NCBI GenBank assembly: GCA_020137815.1
Contig: CM035354.1
Coordinates: forward strand, 5,084,001 to 5,148,000
From: Hormiphora californensis
Taxonomy: Eukaryota > Animalia > Ctenophora
DNA: 64,000 nucleotides
Direction of reading: 5' to 3'
Part shown: piece after piece, positions 18,890 to 37,300 of the stretch
Position numbering within the stretch: position 1 is the stretch's first letter
How the letters are laid out: each line of letters opens with the position of its first letter
The notes under the pieces: model-generated
Told to the model about the DNA's origin: nothing
Databases searched by the model: none
What the model saw: only the letters and a program-made list of their open reading frames with translations
Program-made: the position numbers and the translations under genes

Positions 18890-21800
18890 AGACTATCCCA
18901 CTTTGACCCTCCTAATCTCTAAAAAACTTTCCCACTTTGATCCACATAATCTCTAAGAAACATTCCCACTTTGACCCGCCTAATCTCTAAGAAACTATCC
19001 CACTTTGATCCTCCTTATCTCTAAGAAACTTTCCCAATTTGACCCACCTTATCTCTAAGAAACTTTTCCAACTTGACCCTCCTTATCTCTAAGAAACTTT
19101 CCCAATTTGACCCACCTTATCTCTAAGAAACTTTTCCAACTTGACCCACCTTATCTCTAGAAACTTTCCCAATTTGACCTACCTTATCTCTAAGAAACTT
19201 TCCCAATTTGACCCACCTTATCTCTAAGAAACTTTCCCAATTTGACCCACCTTATCTCTAAGAAACTTTCCCAATTTGACCTACCTTATCTCTAAGAAAC
19301 TTTCCCAATTTGACCTACCTTATCTCTAAGAAACTTTGCCAATTTGACCCACCTTATCTCTAAGAAACTTTGCCAATTTGACCCACCTTATCTCTAAGAA
19401 ACTTTTCCAATTTGACCCACCTTATCTCTAAGAAACTTTCCCAATTTGACCCACCTTATCTCTAAGAAACTTTTCCAATTTGACCCACCTTATCTCTAAG
19501 AAACTTTTCCAATTTGACCCACCTTATCTCTAAGAAACTTTCCCAATTTGACCTACCTTATCTCTAAGAAACTTTCCCAATTTGACCCACCTTATCTCTA
19601 AGAAACTTTCCCAATTTGACCCACCTTATCTCTAAGAAACTTTTCCAATTTGACCCACCTTATCTCTAAGAAACTTTTCCAATTTGACCCACCTTATCTC
19701 TAAGAAACTTTTCCAATTTGACCCACCTTATCTCTAAGAAACTTTCCAATTTGACCCACCTTATCTCTAAGAAACTTTTCCAATTTGACCCACCTTATCT
19801 CTAAGAAACTTTCCCAATTTGACCCACCTTATCTCTAAGAAACTTTCCCAATTTGACCCACCTTATCTCTAAGAAACTTTCCCACTTTGACCCACCTTAT
19901 CTCTAAGAAACTTTCCAATTTGACCCACCTTATCTCTAAGAAACTTTCCCAATTTGACCCACCTTATCTCTAAGAAACTTTCCAATTTGACCCACCTTAT
20001 CTCTAAGAAACTTTCCCAATTTGACCCACCTTATCTCTAAGAAACTTTCCCAATTTGACCCACCTTATCTCTAAGAAACTTTCCCAATTTGACCCACCTT
20101 ATCTCTAAGAAACTTTCCCAATTTGACCCACCTTATCTCTAAGAAACTTTCCCAATTTGACCCACCTTATCTCTAAGAAACTTTCCAATTTGACCCACCT
20201 TATCTCTAAGAAACTTTCCCAATTTGACCCACCTTATCTCTAAGAAACTTTCCCAATTTGACCCACCTTATCTCTAAGAAACTTTCCAATTTGACCCACC
20301 TTATCTCTAAGAAACTTTCCAATTTGACCCACCTTATCTCTAAGAAACTTTCCAATTTGACCCACCTTATCTCTAAGAAACTTTCCAATTTGACCCACCT
20401 TATCTCTAAGAAACTTTCCCAATTTGACCCACCTTATCTCTAAGAAACTTTCCAATTTGACCCACCTTATCTCTAAGAAACTTTCCAATTTGACCCACCT
20501 TATCTCTAAGAAACTTTCCCAATTTGACCCACCTTATCTCTAAGAAACTTTCCCAATTTGACCCACCTTATCTCTAAGAAACTTTTCCAATTTGACCTAC
20601 CTTATCTCTAAGAAACTTTCCAATTTGACCTACCTTATCTCTAAGAAACTTTCCCAATTTGACCCACCTTATCTCTAAGAAACTTTCCCAATTTGACCCA
20701 CCTTATCTCTAAGAAACTTTCCCAATTTGACCCACCTTATCTCTAAGAAACTTTCCCAATTTGACCCACCTTATCTCTAAGAAACTTTCCCAATTTGACC
20801 CACCTTATCTCTAAGAAACTTTCCCAATTTGACCCACCTTATCTCTAAGAAACTTTCCCAATTTGACCCACCTTATCTCTAAGAAACTTTCCCAATTTGA
20901 CCCACCTTATCTCTAAGAAACTTTCCCAATTTGACCCACCTTATCTCTAAGAAACTTTCCCAATTTGACCCACCTTATCTCTAAGAAACTTTCCCAATTT
21001 GACCCACCTTATCTCTAAGAAACTTTCCCAATTTGACCCACCTTATCTCTAAGAAACTTTCCCAATTTGACCCACCTTATCTCTAAGAAACTTTCCCAAT
21101 TTGACCCACCTTATCTCTAAGAAACTTTCCCAATTTGACCCACCTTATCTCTAAGAAACTTTCCCAATTTGACCCACCTTATCTCTAAGAAACTTTCCAA
21201 TTTGACCCACCTTATCTCTAAGAAACTTTCCCAATTTGACCCACCTTATCTCTAAGAAACTTTCCAATTTGACCCACCTTATCTCTAAGAAACTTTCCCA
21301 ATTTGACCCACCTTATCTCTAAGAAACTTTCCCAATTTGACCCACCTTATCTCTAAGAAACTTTCCCAATTTGACCCACCTTATCTCTAAGAAACTTTCC
21401 CAATTTGACCCACCTTATCTCTAAGAAACTTTCCAATTTGACCCACCTTATCTCTAAGAAACTTTCCAATTTGACCCACCTTATCTCTAAGAAACTTTCC
21501 CAATTTGACCCACCTTATCTCTAAGAAACTTTCCAATTTGACCCACCTTATCTCTAAGAAACTTTCCCAATTTGACCCACCTTATCTCTAAGAAACTTTC
21601 CCAATTTGACCCACCTTATCTCTAAGAAACTTTTCCAACTTGACCCACCTTATCTCTAAGAAACTTTCCCAATTTGACCTACCTTATCTCTAAGAAACTT
21701 TCCCAATTTGACCCACCTTATCTCTAAGAAACTTTTCCAATTTGACCCACCTTATCTCTAAGAAACTTTCCAATTTGACCCACCTTATCTCTAAGAAACT

Positions 21801-24505
21801 TTCCCAATTTGACCCACCTTATCTCTAAGAAACTTTTCCAATTTGACCCACCTTATCTCTAAGAAACTTTCCCAATTTGACCCACCTTATCTCTAAGAAA
21901 CTTTCCCAATTTGACCCACCTTATCTCTAAGAAACTTTCCAATTTGACCCACCTTATCTCTAAGAAACTTTCCCAATTTGACCCACCTTATCTCTAAGAA
22001 ACTTTCCCACTTTGATCCACCTAATCTCTAAGAAACATTCCCACTTTGACCCACCTTATCTCTAAGAAACTTTTCCAACTTGACCCACCTTATCTCTAAG
22101 AAACTTTCCCAATTTGACCTACCTTATCTCTAAGAAACTTTCCCAATTTGACCCACCTTATCTCTAAGAAACTTTTCCAATTTGACCCACCTTATCTCTA
22201 AGAAACTTTTCCAATTTGACCCACCTTATCTCTAAGAAACTTTTCAATTTGACCCACCTTATCTCTAAGAAACTTTCCCAATTTGACCTACCTTTTCTCT
22301 AAGAAACTTTCCCAATTTGACCCACCTTATCTCTAAGAAACTTTCCCAATTTGACCCACCTTATCTCTAAGAAACTTTCCCAATTTGACCCACCTTATCT
22401 CTAAGAAACTTTTCCAATTTGACCCACCTTATCTCTAAGAAACTTTCCCAATTTGACCCACCTTATCTCTAAGAAACTTTCCCAATTTGACCCACCTTAT
22501 CTCTAAGAAACTTTCCCAATTTGACCTACCTTATCTCTAAGAAACTTTGCCAATTTGACCCACCTTATCTCTAAGAAACTTTTCCAATTTGACCCACCTT
22601 ATCTCTAAGAAACTTTTCCAATTTGACCCACCTTATCTCTAAGAAACTTTCCCAATTTGACCTACCTTATCTCTAAGAAACTTTCCCAATTTGCCCCCCT
22701 TATCTCTAAGAAACTTTTCCAATTTGACCCACCTTATCTCTAAGAAACTTTCCCAATTTGACCCACCTTATCTCTAAGAAACTTTCCCAATTTGACCCAC
22801 CTTATCTTTAAGAAACTTTTTCAATTTGACCTACCTTATCTCTAAGAAACTTTCCCAATTTGACCTACCTTATCTCTAAGAAACTTTCCCAATTTGACCC
22901 ACCTTTTCTCTTAGAAAATTTCCCATTTTTACCCACCTTTTCTCTAAGAAACTTTCCCAATTTGACCCACCTTATCTCTAAGAAACTTTCCCAATTTGAC
23001 CCACCTTATCTCTAAGAAACTTTCCCATTTTGACCCACCTTATCTCTAAGAAACTTTCCCAATTTGACCCACCTTTTCTCTAAGAAACTTTCCCAATTTG
23101 ACCCACCTTATCTCTAAGAAACTTTCCCAATTTGACCCACCTTATCTCTAAGAAACTTTCCCAATTTGACCCACCTTATCTCTAAGAAACTTTCCCAATT
23201 TGAACTACCTTATCTCTAAGAAACTTTCCCAATTTGACCCACCTTATCTCTAAGAAACTTTGCCAATTTGACCCACCTTATCTCTAAGAAACTTTCCCAA
23301 TTTAACCTACCTTATCTCTAAGAACTTTTCCCAATTTGACCCACCTTATCTCTTAGAAACTTTCCCAATTTGACCCACCTTATCTCTAAGAAACTTTCCC
23401 AATTTGACCCACCTTATCTCTAAGAAACTTTCCCAATTTGACCCACCTTATCTCTAAGAAACTTTCCCAATTTGACCCACCTTATCTTTAAGAAACTTTT
23501 TCAATTTGACCTACCTTATCTCTAAGAAACTTTCCCAATTTGACCTACCTTATCTCTAAGAAACTTTCCCAATTTGACCCACCTTATCTCTTAGAAAATT
23601 TCCCATTTTTACCCACCTTTTCTCTAAGAAACTTTCCCAATTTGACCCACCTTATCTCTAAGAAACTTTCCCAATTTGACCCACCTTATCTCTAAGAAAC
23701 TTTCCCATTTTGACCCACCTTATCTCTAAGAAACTTTCCCAATTTGACCCACCTTTTCTCTAAGATACTTTCCCAATTTGACCCACCTTATCTCTAAGAA
23801 ACTTTCCCAATTTGACCCACCTTATCTCTAAGAAACTTTCCCAATTTGACCCACCTTATCTCTAAGAAACTTTCCCAATTTGAACTACCTTATCTCTAAG
23901 AAACTTTCCCAATTTGACCCACCTTATCTCTAAGAAACTTTTCCAATTTGACCCACCTTATCTCTAAGAAACTTTCCCAATTTGACCCACCTTATCTCTA
24001 AGAAACTTTTCCAATTTGACCCACCTTATCTCTAAGAAACTTTTCCAATTTGACCCACCTTATCTCTAAGAAACTTTCCCAATTTGACCTACCTTATCTC
24101 TAAGAAACTTTCCCAATTTGCCCCCCTTATCTCTAAGAAACTTTTCCAATTTGACCCACCTTATCTCTAAGAAACTTTTCCAATTTGACCCACCTTATCT
24201 CTAAGAAACTTTTCCAATTTGACCCACCTTATCTCTAAGAAACTTTTCCAATTTGACCCACCTTATCTCTAAGAAACTTTCCCAATTTGACCCACCTTAT
24301 CTCTAAGAAACTTTTTCAATTTGACCCACCTCATCTCTAAGAAACTTTCCCAATTTGACCCACCTTATCTCTAAGAAACTTTCCCAATTTGACCCACCTT
24401 ATCTCTAAGAAACTTTCCCACTTTGATCCACCTAATCTCTAAGAAACATTCCCAATTTGACCCACCTTATCTCTAAGAAACTTTCCCAATTTGACCCAAC
24501 CTTTT
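18890..24505. repeat. Tandem satellite, 34-bp unit (33-bp variants), ~165 copies
   Basis: Unit CTCTAAGAAACTTTCCCAATTTGACCCACCTTAT repeats continuously, with more divergent units at the edges. There are no unique spacers, so it is not CRISPR. Confidence 0.98.
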
Positions 24506-24881
24506 CCACAATTTGAAATCATGGAAACAATTGTTTTGCACAAACTCTTTTATTTTATTTTAAATAACAGTCTAACTTGGCAAGGAAACAAGGATATAAC
24601 AAATGAAAGAAATCACACTACAAGATGACAGGTGATCCACCCAGGAACAATTAGACAGGAGCTGACAACGTCTTATGAGAGGTATAAAGGCAGAGCTACT
24701 CATAGCATCAAATTGGCATTTAATTGTTCAAGGGTGGAACAACCAGCATTTTGTGGCGTGATTCTCTCTCCGAAAGATCTTCAAAGAAATTTAATTCACA
24801 ATCACAATTGTACAAAAACACCCGCACAAGAACTAATCCTAAGATAAAACTAAACGAAAACAGAAATCAGTCTTTTTGGTA

Positions 24882-24973
24882 ACATGAGATGCTGGGTCTC
24901 CTATCAAGAGATGCGATCTTCCCGTGTTGGGATTTAGATCGTCCCTGTCATATCTAAGACCCAGCTCACATGT
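24882..24973 (-). promoter_or_regulatory. SECIS element (type II) in the SELENOO 3' UTR
   Basis: Minus strand reads CATGTGAGCTGGGTCT-tagat-ATGA-CAGGGACGATCT-AAA-TCCC-aacac-GGGA-AGATCGCATCTCT-TGA-tagg-AGACCCAGCATCTCATG. This gives helix I, the AUGA/GA core, helix II, unpaired AAA and an apical mini-stem. Confidence 0.88.
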
Positions 24974-25175
24974 CAATCACTCGCCTTCTCTCACAACCAC
25001 AAACCACAAACCACCTCTTTTCTCTACATGTCAAGTCCAAACAGTACGACAACTCAAAACACGCAGAAAACACTGTCACTTGTCAGAGCATTGGTGAGAA
25101 AACAGCAAATGTCCCAAATGAGCTGTCCGACAATAGAAGTAGAAGGTGAGATGTGGTTACTTCAAGATGGCGAGA

Positions 25176-31108
<5,933 letters not shown>

Positions 31109-31338
31109 AAACACGCATACACCTAACTGTAACACATGGTGTAATAATGGAAACGGGTTGTTAGAGGTGGCGAGGGGGTCGGGTTGGCTACGAAATAACC
31201 TTCACGCGCTGACAAGGGAGGGGTAACTTCGTAACCAAGCGAGGGTCGGGTCACAATAAAACAAATCCCTAACGCTCAATAAGTTTACTAAAATGTGATA
31301 TTAATTTTACACAAACACACACACAAACACAGCTTTCA

Positions 31339-34300
31339 TTAAGTCTTTATTTCTGCAGATTTCAACTTGCTGACCAGGCTGTTAATTTTATCGTCACTGA
31401 AATAAGCAAGAAGTTGGTTAGAGTTATGAAAGTAATCAATGTATGGATAATGTTAGTTAGTAAGTTACGAGATGAGTCAAGATGAGTAGAGAGTCAATGT
31501 ATAGAACTGGTGATCAGTACGAGCTATTATGAAAACAAAACTGCCGTGATTCTCAGCCGGAAGAAGGCAATTTCTCAGAAACTTACTTCTCTTGAAGAAT
31601 AGCTTTCACTTTGGTCTGTTGATCCCCACTTAACGAGGGGAATTTACCAGCCGTAGCCTTCTGAAACTTTAATTTAGATCTCAATTGATCGGCATCAATT
31701 TTCAGACACTTCACTCTCTGAGAGAGCTCTGTCATCTCGCCCCTCAGAGAGTTCTCCGCATCTGACAGGTCCGGTAACAGGTTCTGGACGTCCCTCGTTA
31801 CACGTGATACCCTGGGAATATATACTTCTATTAGCTTGAAATACGAAGATATTTTGGTCCGTTTTACCGAGGTTCACGGTACGGCCGAAATATCATTTGA
31901 GATTTTACGGGGGGGATCCCATGGTATACTTTGGTATACTTTGGTATACTTTGGTATATGGAAAATCCCAAAAAAATATGTGGAAAGTACCAAAGTATAC
32001 CAAAGTATACCATATCTTTTTAATAACTTTAAAGTACTTTAAAGTGTTAATTTACAACAGTTAAGGCTTTAAAACATTTTATATAAACTTTCTTGACTCA
32101 TAAAATTGGACAATGGTGCTAAATAGGCTAAATTCATAGAATCGAGGGAAAATATTACCTATAAAATGGTGAGTCAGAAAACTGGGGTTTGACAAATTGG
32201 GACCCATTTGAGTATGATAAAAAAACTTTTAAAAAGTCAAGAAAATGTTCAAATAGTATTTGGTAGTCTCCAAAAATTTTTCAAAAATTGCCTTCACCGG
32301 GAATCGAACCCGAGTGGCAAGCCTAGAAGCACTAGCCGGATGATGTAACAAAAACGTAAAAATCGGTTTAATAAGCGTTATATTACCAACTTATAAAGAA
32401 ATAAGGATGTATTTTTACAAATTTAGTCATTTATGTTAACTTATCGCTTAAATTTTACCTTTTTCAAAATTTTTATGGTATACTTTGGTATACCTTGGTA
32501 TACTTTGGTATACTTTGGTATACTTTGGTATATGGAAAATCGCTGAAAAAGTTGTGGAAAGTGCCAAAGTATACCAAAGTATACCATGGGATCCCCCCCG
32601 ATTTTACCTATCTTGCAGATTTTGTTGTCGTTTTGATACATTAGATGATCGTTGCGATAGGGTGGTGCTTGCTGTTTTTAGTGTCGATATACTTTGCTCC
32701 AACTCCGCTAACTCTGCACGGTGTTGTGAGTGTTGGTCCTGGAATGAGAATCTTGTTAACAATAGAGAGAGGAAAATGTAGGAGAAAGTACTGAAGTGGA
32801 CCATGAAAGAGCCGTGTTTTGTTCAAACATGGTCGAGCAAGACAAAACGAGCCCTATTATTTATATGCTCTTTAAATTCACCTGTAGTAGTGTCATGTGA
32901 TGTAGTATTTCAGTTCGTGCCTTGCTCTGTCTCCCCACATACTCTTCCCTAAATACCGCAGTGCACTTTAGTAGCAGATCAAGGAGGGCTTTCTCAGACA
33001 TCCCACCAGCGTTACCACTCCTGGTAGGGGAGGGAGTGATGAAGGTGACATCATATATCAGTTATAATGACTTGGAGCTATAATTCATTTTTGTCATCAA
33101 TCATATCCCCCTTCACAGATTTGCAACAGCATAAACCAGTCATCCCCCACCTTACCTCAGTACGGGATTACTAGTGGTCCTATCCAGTAAAGTCTGTATC
33201 CTCTGACTGAATGGTTTGGTATACAACTGCTTCATAGGACTGGCAGGAGGCTCCTTCCCGCCCTCGCCAGCTGTAGTTAAGAGTGGTATAGTTTCCCTGG
33301 TAACACTCCTCAATGGTAACTGGATGAACTCAGCGTTGCTAATCAGAACTAGCAGGCTGCTCCCTAGGATTGAGTCTTGGAGGAGGGTAGCACCGAACAG
33401 ACATGTCGGGTCACTGACACCTACTGGTTGTACACAGAGGAGGTGTTCTACCGTGCTCTCACACTCTAGGTTTAGTTCACTTGTCTCATCTGAGGGGGAG
33501 GGGGTTGGAATTAGTATGTTCTGAAATAAACAGTATCATTATTGATAAGTGACTGCACAGTAGACAAGAAGTTGTGAACAAGTGAGATGATCTTACCTTT
33601 AGCGAATGTTTGCAGTCTATGTATGGAGGGTAGAACCACACTATACACGCCAGTAGCAGTCTTAACAAAATACCGATCAAATGAGCTGTGATCAGGTAGG
33701 AGCACTAACACACCCTCCTCCTCATCCCCTCCCTCACTGCTCCCTGCCTCCCTCTCTGGTAGGTCCAGGGAGAACATCTCCAGGAGATAGAGACATTCCT
33801 CATCTTCCTCGTCAGAAGAAAGGAGGGCCAGGTGGTGAACTGTGCCGGAGAGGGAGGCACAAGCTAGGACAGGGGGACTGCATCCTAGCACCAGAATCGA
33901 GGAAAAGTCTAGTTCGTAACAGTCGTTGTTGGGAGGCAGCACTCGAAGGGGTCCCTCTAACTTGACTGATTCACTGTGTGGTGAGAAAAAGGTCAGAGAT
34001 CATTCGAGGGGATAGGGCAAAATAAAATATTTTGAGGAATGATAACTTACTCTGTTGCTGAGAGAGGCATTCGTAATATGTGTACATCTGAATTCTCCTC
34101 CAAGGCAAAGATGGGGAAACCCTGCTCCTCGGGACCAAATGAAAACGAAGTCATGGCTCCTGGAAGTGGTGACCTACAACTATGGCTCATGCAACTATGG
34201 CTCATAAAATCTATGAGCCATAGATGCATGCAACTATGGCTCATAGATTTTATGAGCCATAGATGCATACAACTATGGCTCATAGAAATGTGATCTGATT

Positions 34301-37300
34301 AGGTTCTATGAGCCAAAGCTAGTGAGAGTGAGAGGGACGTTAGTGACACGTGAGTGACACGTGAGTGACACGTGAGTGACACGTGAGTGACATGTGAGTG
34401 ACACGTGAGTTTTCGAATCATATGTAATATTAAATGAGCACAAATGCAAACGATTAACATAATGATAAATCTAATATTACATAATTAAAATTACACTATC
34501 AGTTCATCTCGGATATAATGGTAAAAGGGGTCCTTCTTTGGACAGTTCATAGAGCATTTCACGTGAATCAGCAGCTCCTTAACACGATGTTTATGATCGG
34601 ATAGGTACTAAACAGCCACCTTGCATTATCACTATCAGGATCCACAGTAAAAAACTCTCCAACAGGTCTGATTTTCGAGAAAGTAGTATAGGTAGGATGT
34701 TCCCAGAAATTGCCTGGCTAAAGTTTCTGATCTTTCACACTCTTCCAAAACCTCCCGGTACTCGTTGAACGTTGTAGTGTTGTTCGTGACGTCGATAACA
34801 ATTATAGCTAGTGAATCCACTGACAAATTCTAATGAGTGGGATGAATATGTGACAGTGTCACATATCCACCCCCCTCACTGACACGATTCTGGGATGCGC
34901 CATTAGCAGAGTGAAACGATACGAGATACGAAATTTATGATTCGGGGGAGCTCATTAGCAGTGTGAGACGATAGGTATATGGAACATGATTCGGGGAAGC
35001 TTATTAGGAGTGTTAGACGATATGAGAAACGATTCGGAGAATGTTTTATCGCTCTTTCTATCTATCTCTATCTCTATCTCTATCTCTTTTTGTCAATTAT
35101 CTTGGACTTGAGAACCAGATGAGGTGCCTACCATTATACTATAATGCGAGCTGACGCTACACACTTGGTGAGTTTAGTGCCCTTATTTTTGGTAATAAGA
35201 GCCTATCGGCTCGCCTCATTGTTTTTAGGAGGATATGTTGTTTTAGATGGAATGCGTTCGGTTTTTTTTCGAGTCTTGCCAAACAGACCAAATTCAAACC
35301 ATTCCATCTAAAACAACAACATATCCCCCTAAAAACAACGGGGCTGAGCCGACATCCAGATAAAAAAGGAAAAGGAGTATGGACAAAAATAAGGGCACCA
35401 AAGTTTGTAGCTTCCTCGCATTAGTATGAGTAGGTATCTCATCTGGTTCCCAAGATAATTGACAAAAAGAAATAGAGATAGATAAAAAGAGCGATAAAAC
35501 ATTCTCCGAATCGTGTCTCATATCGTCTAGCACTCCTAATAAGCTTCCCCGAATCATGTTCCTGTTAAGGTGAATATACTGTGTCTGAATGAATGACCCT
35601 GCAAAACACACGTGCAACCGTACTGTGTAACCGTACCGTGTAACCGTACCGTGTAACCTAACTGTGTAACCGAACCGTACTGTAACCGTCCGTAGTATCA
35701 GGGACTCTCGCTAATAGCAGAACTGTATCTCGATCCTTGTTGGGCAAGGATCTGGACTGAATGAAAACTGGAGAAACACAAGAAATAAAAACTGTAAATA
35801 GATAAACTACAATCGGTAGTGGGTAGTAGTGTCTTGAAAGTGCGCTGGTTTAGCTCCCCCTCAATCCTTCCTCTTCCTCCTTTATACCTCCTCGTAGCTT
35901 GGTCTGCAGTCATAACATCTTCTTTGATGTCCAAACAAGTCCTCGGTGTTGTGTCTGCAACTAGCGCGTCTTGTAAACAATTATATCTTGACGTGGAGAC
36001 TGATGATGACGTGACTGCTCCAGCGCTGCATCTTAGATTGTAGATCTGACTTCGAGGTGACAAGACTCCTGCTGCGAGCATGCGTCTTCTTGACGTGGGG
36101 ATTGAGTTGCTTCTATATTCATTACTACTACTACTGGGTTGTGATCCTCTGTTGAGATCCTCTTCATAGGGTAACATGATCCTCTGTCTTGATCCTCTAG
36201 GAGAGTGCTTTGCACCCTTAACAACATGCACATGCCACACATACATGCAACACTCTCTCATATACTGCCAAATATCTTCACACTCAATATAACCCTTTCT
36301 CTGTATACTGCCAAATATCGCTTCACTCTCACACTGTATAAACCACACTACAACATTCCATATACCGTATCGTCTCACACTGCTAATGAGCTCCCCCGAA
36401 TCATAAGTTTCGTATCTCGTATCGTTTCACTCTGCTAATGGCGCATCCCAGAATCGTGTCAGTGAGGGGGGTGGATATGTGACACTGTCACATATCCATC
36501 CCACTCATTAGAATTTGTCAGTGGATTCACTAGCTATAATTGTTATCGACGTCACGAACAACACTACAACGAGTACCGGGAGGTTTTGGAAGAGTGTGAA
36601 AGATCAGAAACTTTAGCCAGGCAATTTCTGGGAACATCCTACCTATACTACTTTCTCGAAAATCAGACCTGTTGGAGAGTTTTTTACTGTGGATCCTGAT
36701 AGTGATAATGCAAGGTGGCTGTTTAGTACCTATCCGATCATAGATTTGAATAAACATCGTGTTAAGGAGCTGCTGATTCACGTGAAATGCTCTATGAACT
36801 GTCCAAAGAAGGACCCCTTTTACCATTATATCCAAGATGAACTGATAGTGTAATTTTAATTATGTAATATTAGATTTATCATTATGTAAATCGTTTACAT
36901 TTGTGCTCATTTAATATTACATGATTCGAAAACTCACGTGTCACTCACGTGTCACTCACGTGTCACTCACTCTCACTAGCTTTGGCTCATAGAACCTAAT
37001 CAGATCACATTTCTATGAGCCATAGTTGTATGCATCTATGGCTCATAAAATCTATGAGCCATAGTTGCATGCATCTATGGCTCATAGATTTTATGAGCCA
37101 TAGTTGTAGGTAATCCCTGGAAGTGTGTGGAGAGATAAGTGAGCTTTTCATGTGTTTTCTAAGAGGGAAAGGGCCGGAGTTGTATAGATTTTCCATACCC
37201 CACAGTTGTTGTAATGCTACTTGAGGGTTGTTACCTGTCTGTGCTGTTATAAGAGATGGACCAGTTGACACGTTGAGACAGTGCAGGTATGCTTGGATTG

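Noticed and set aside
18890-24505. CRISPR array (34-bp repeats)
   Set aside because: Units are contiguous with no unique spacers, the context is eukaryotic and there are no cas genes. ORFs 20206-20488 are repeat artefacts.
32285-32345. Functional tRNA gene
   Set aside because: Only the T-arm and 3' acceptor side are recognisable; there is no D-arm/A-box or matching 5' strand.
35698-36378. 226-aa ORF as a nested gene or transposase
   Set aside because: It lies within and overruns a solo LTR, has a non-ATG start and shows no DDE or other motif.
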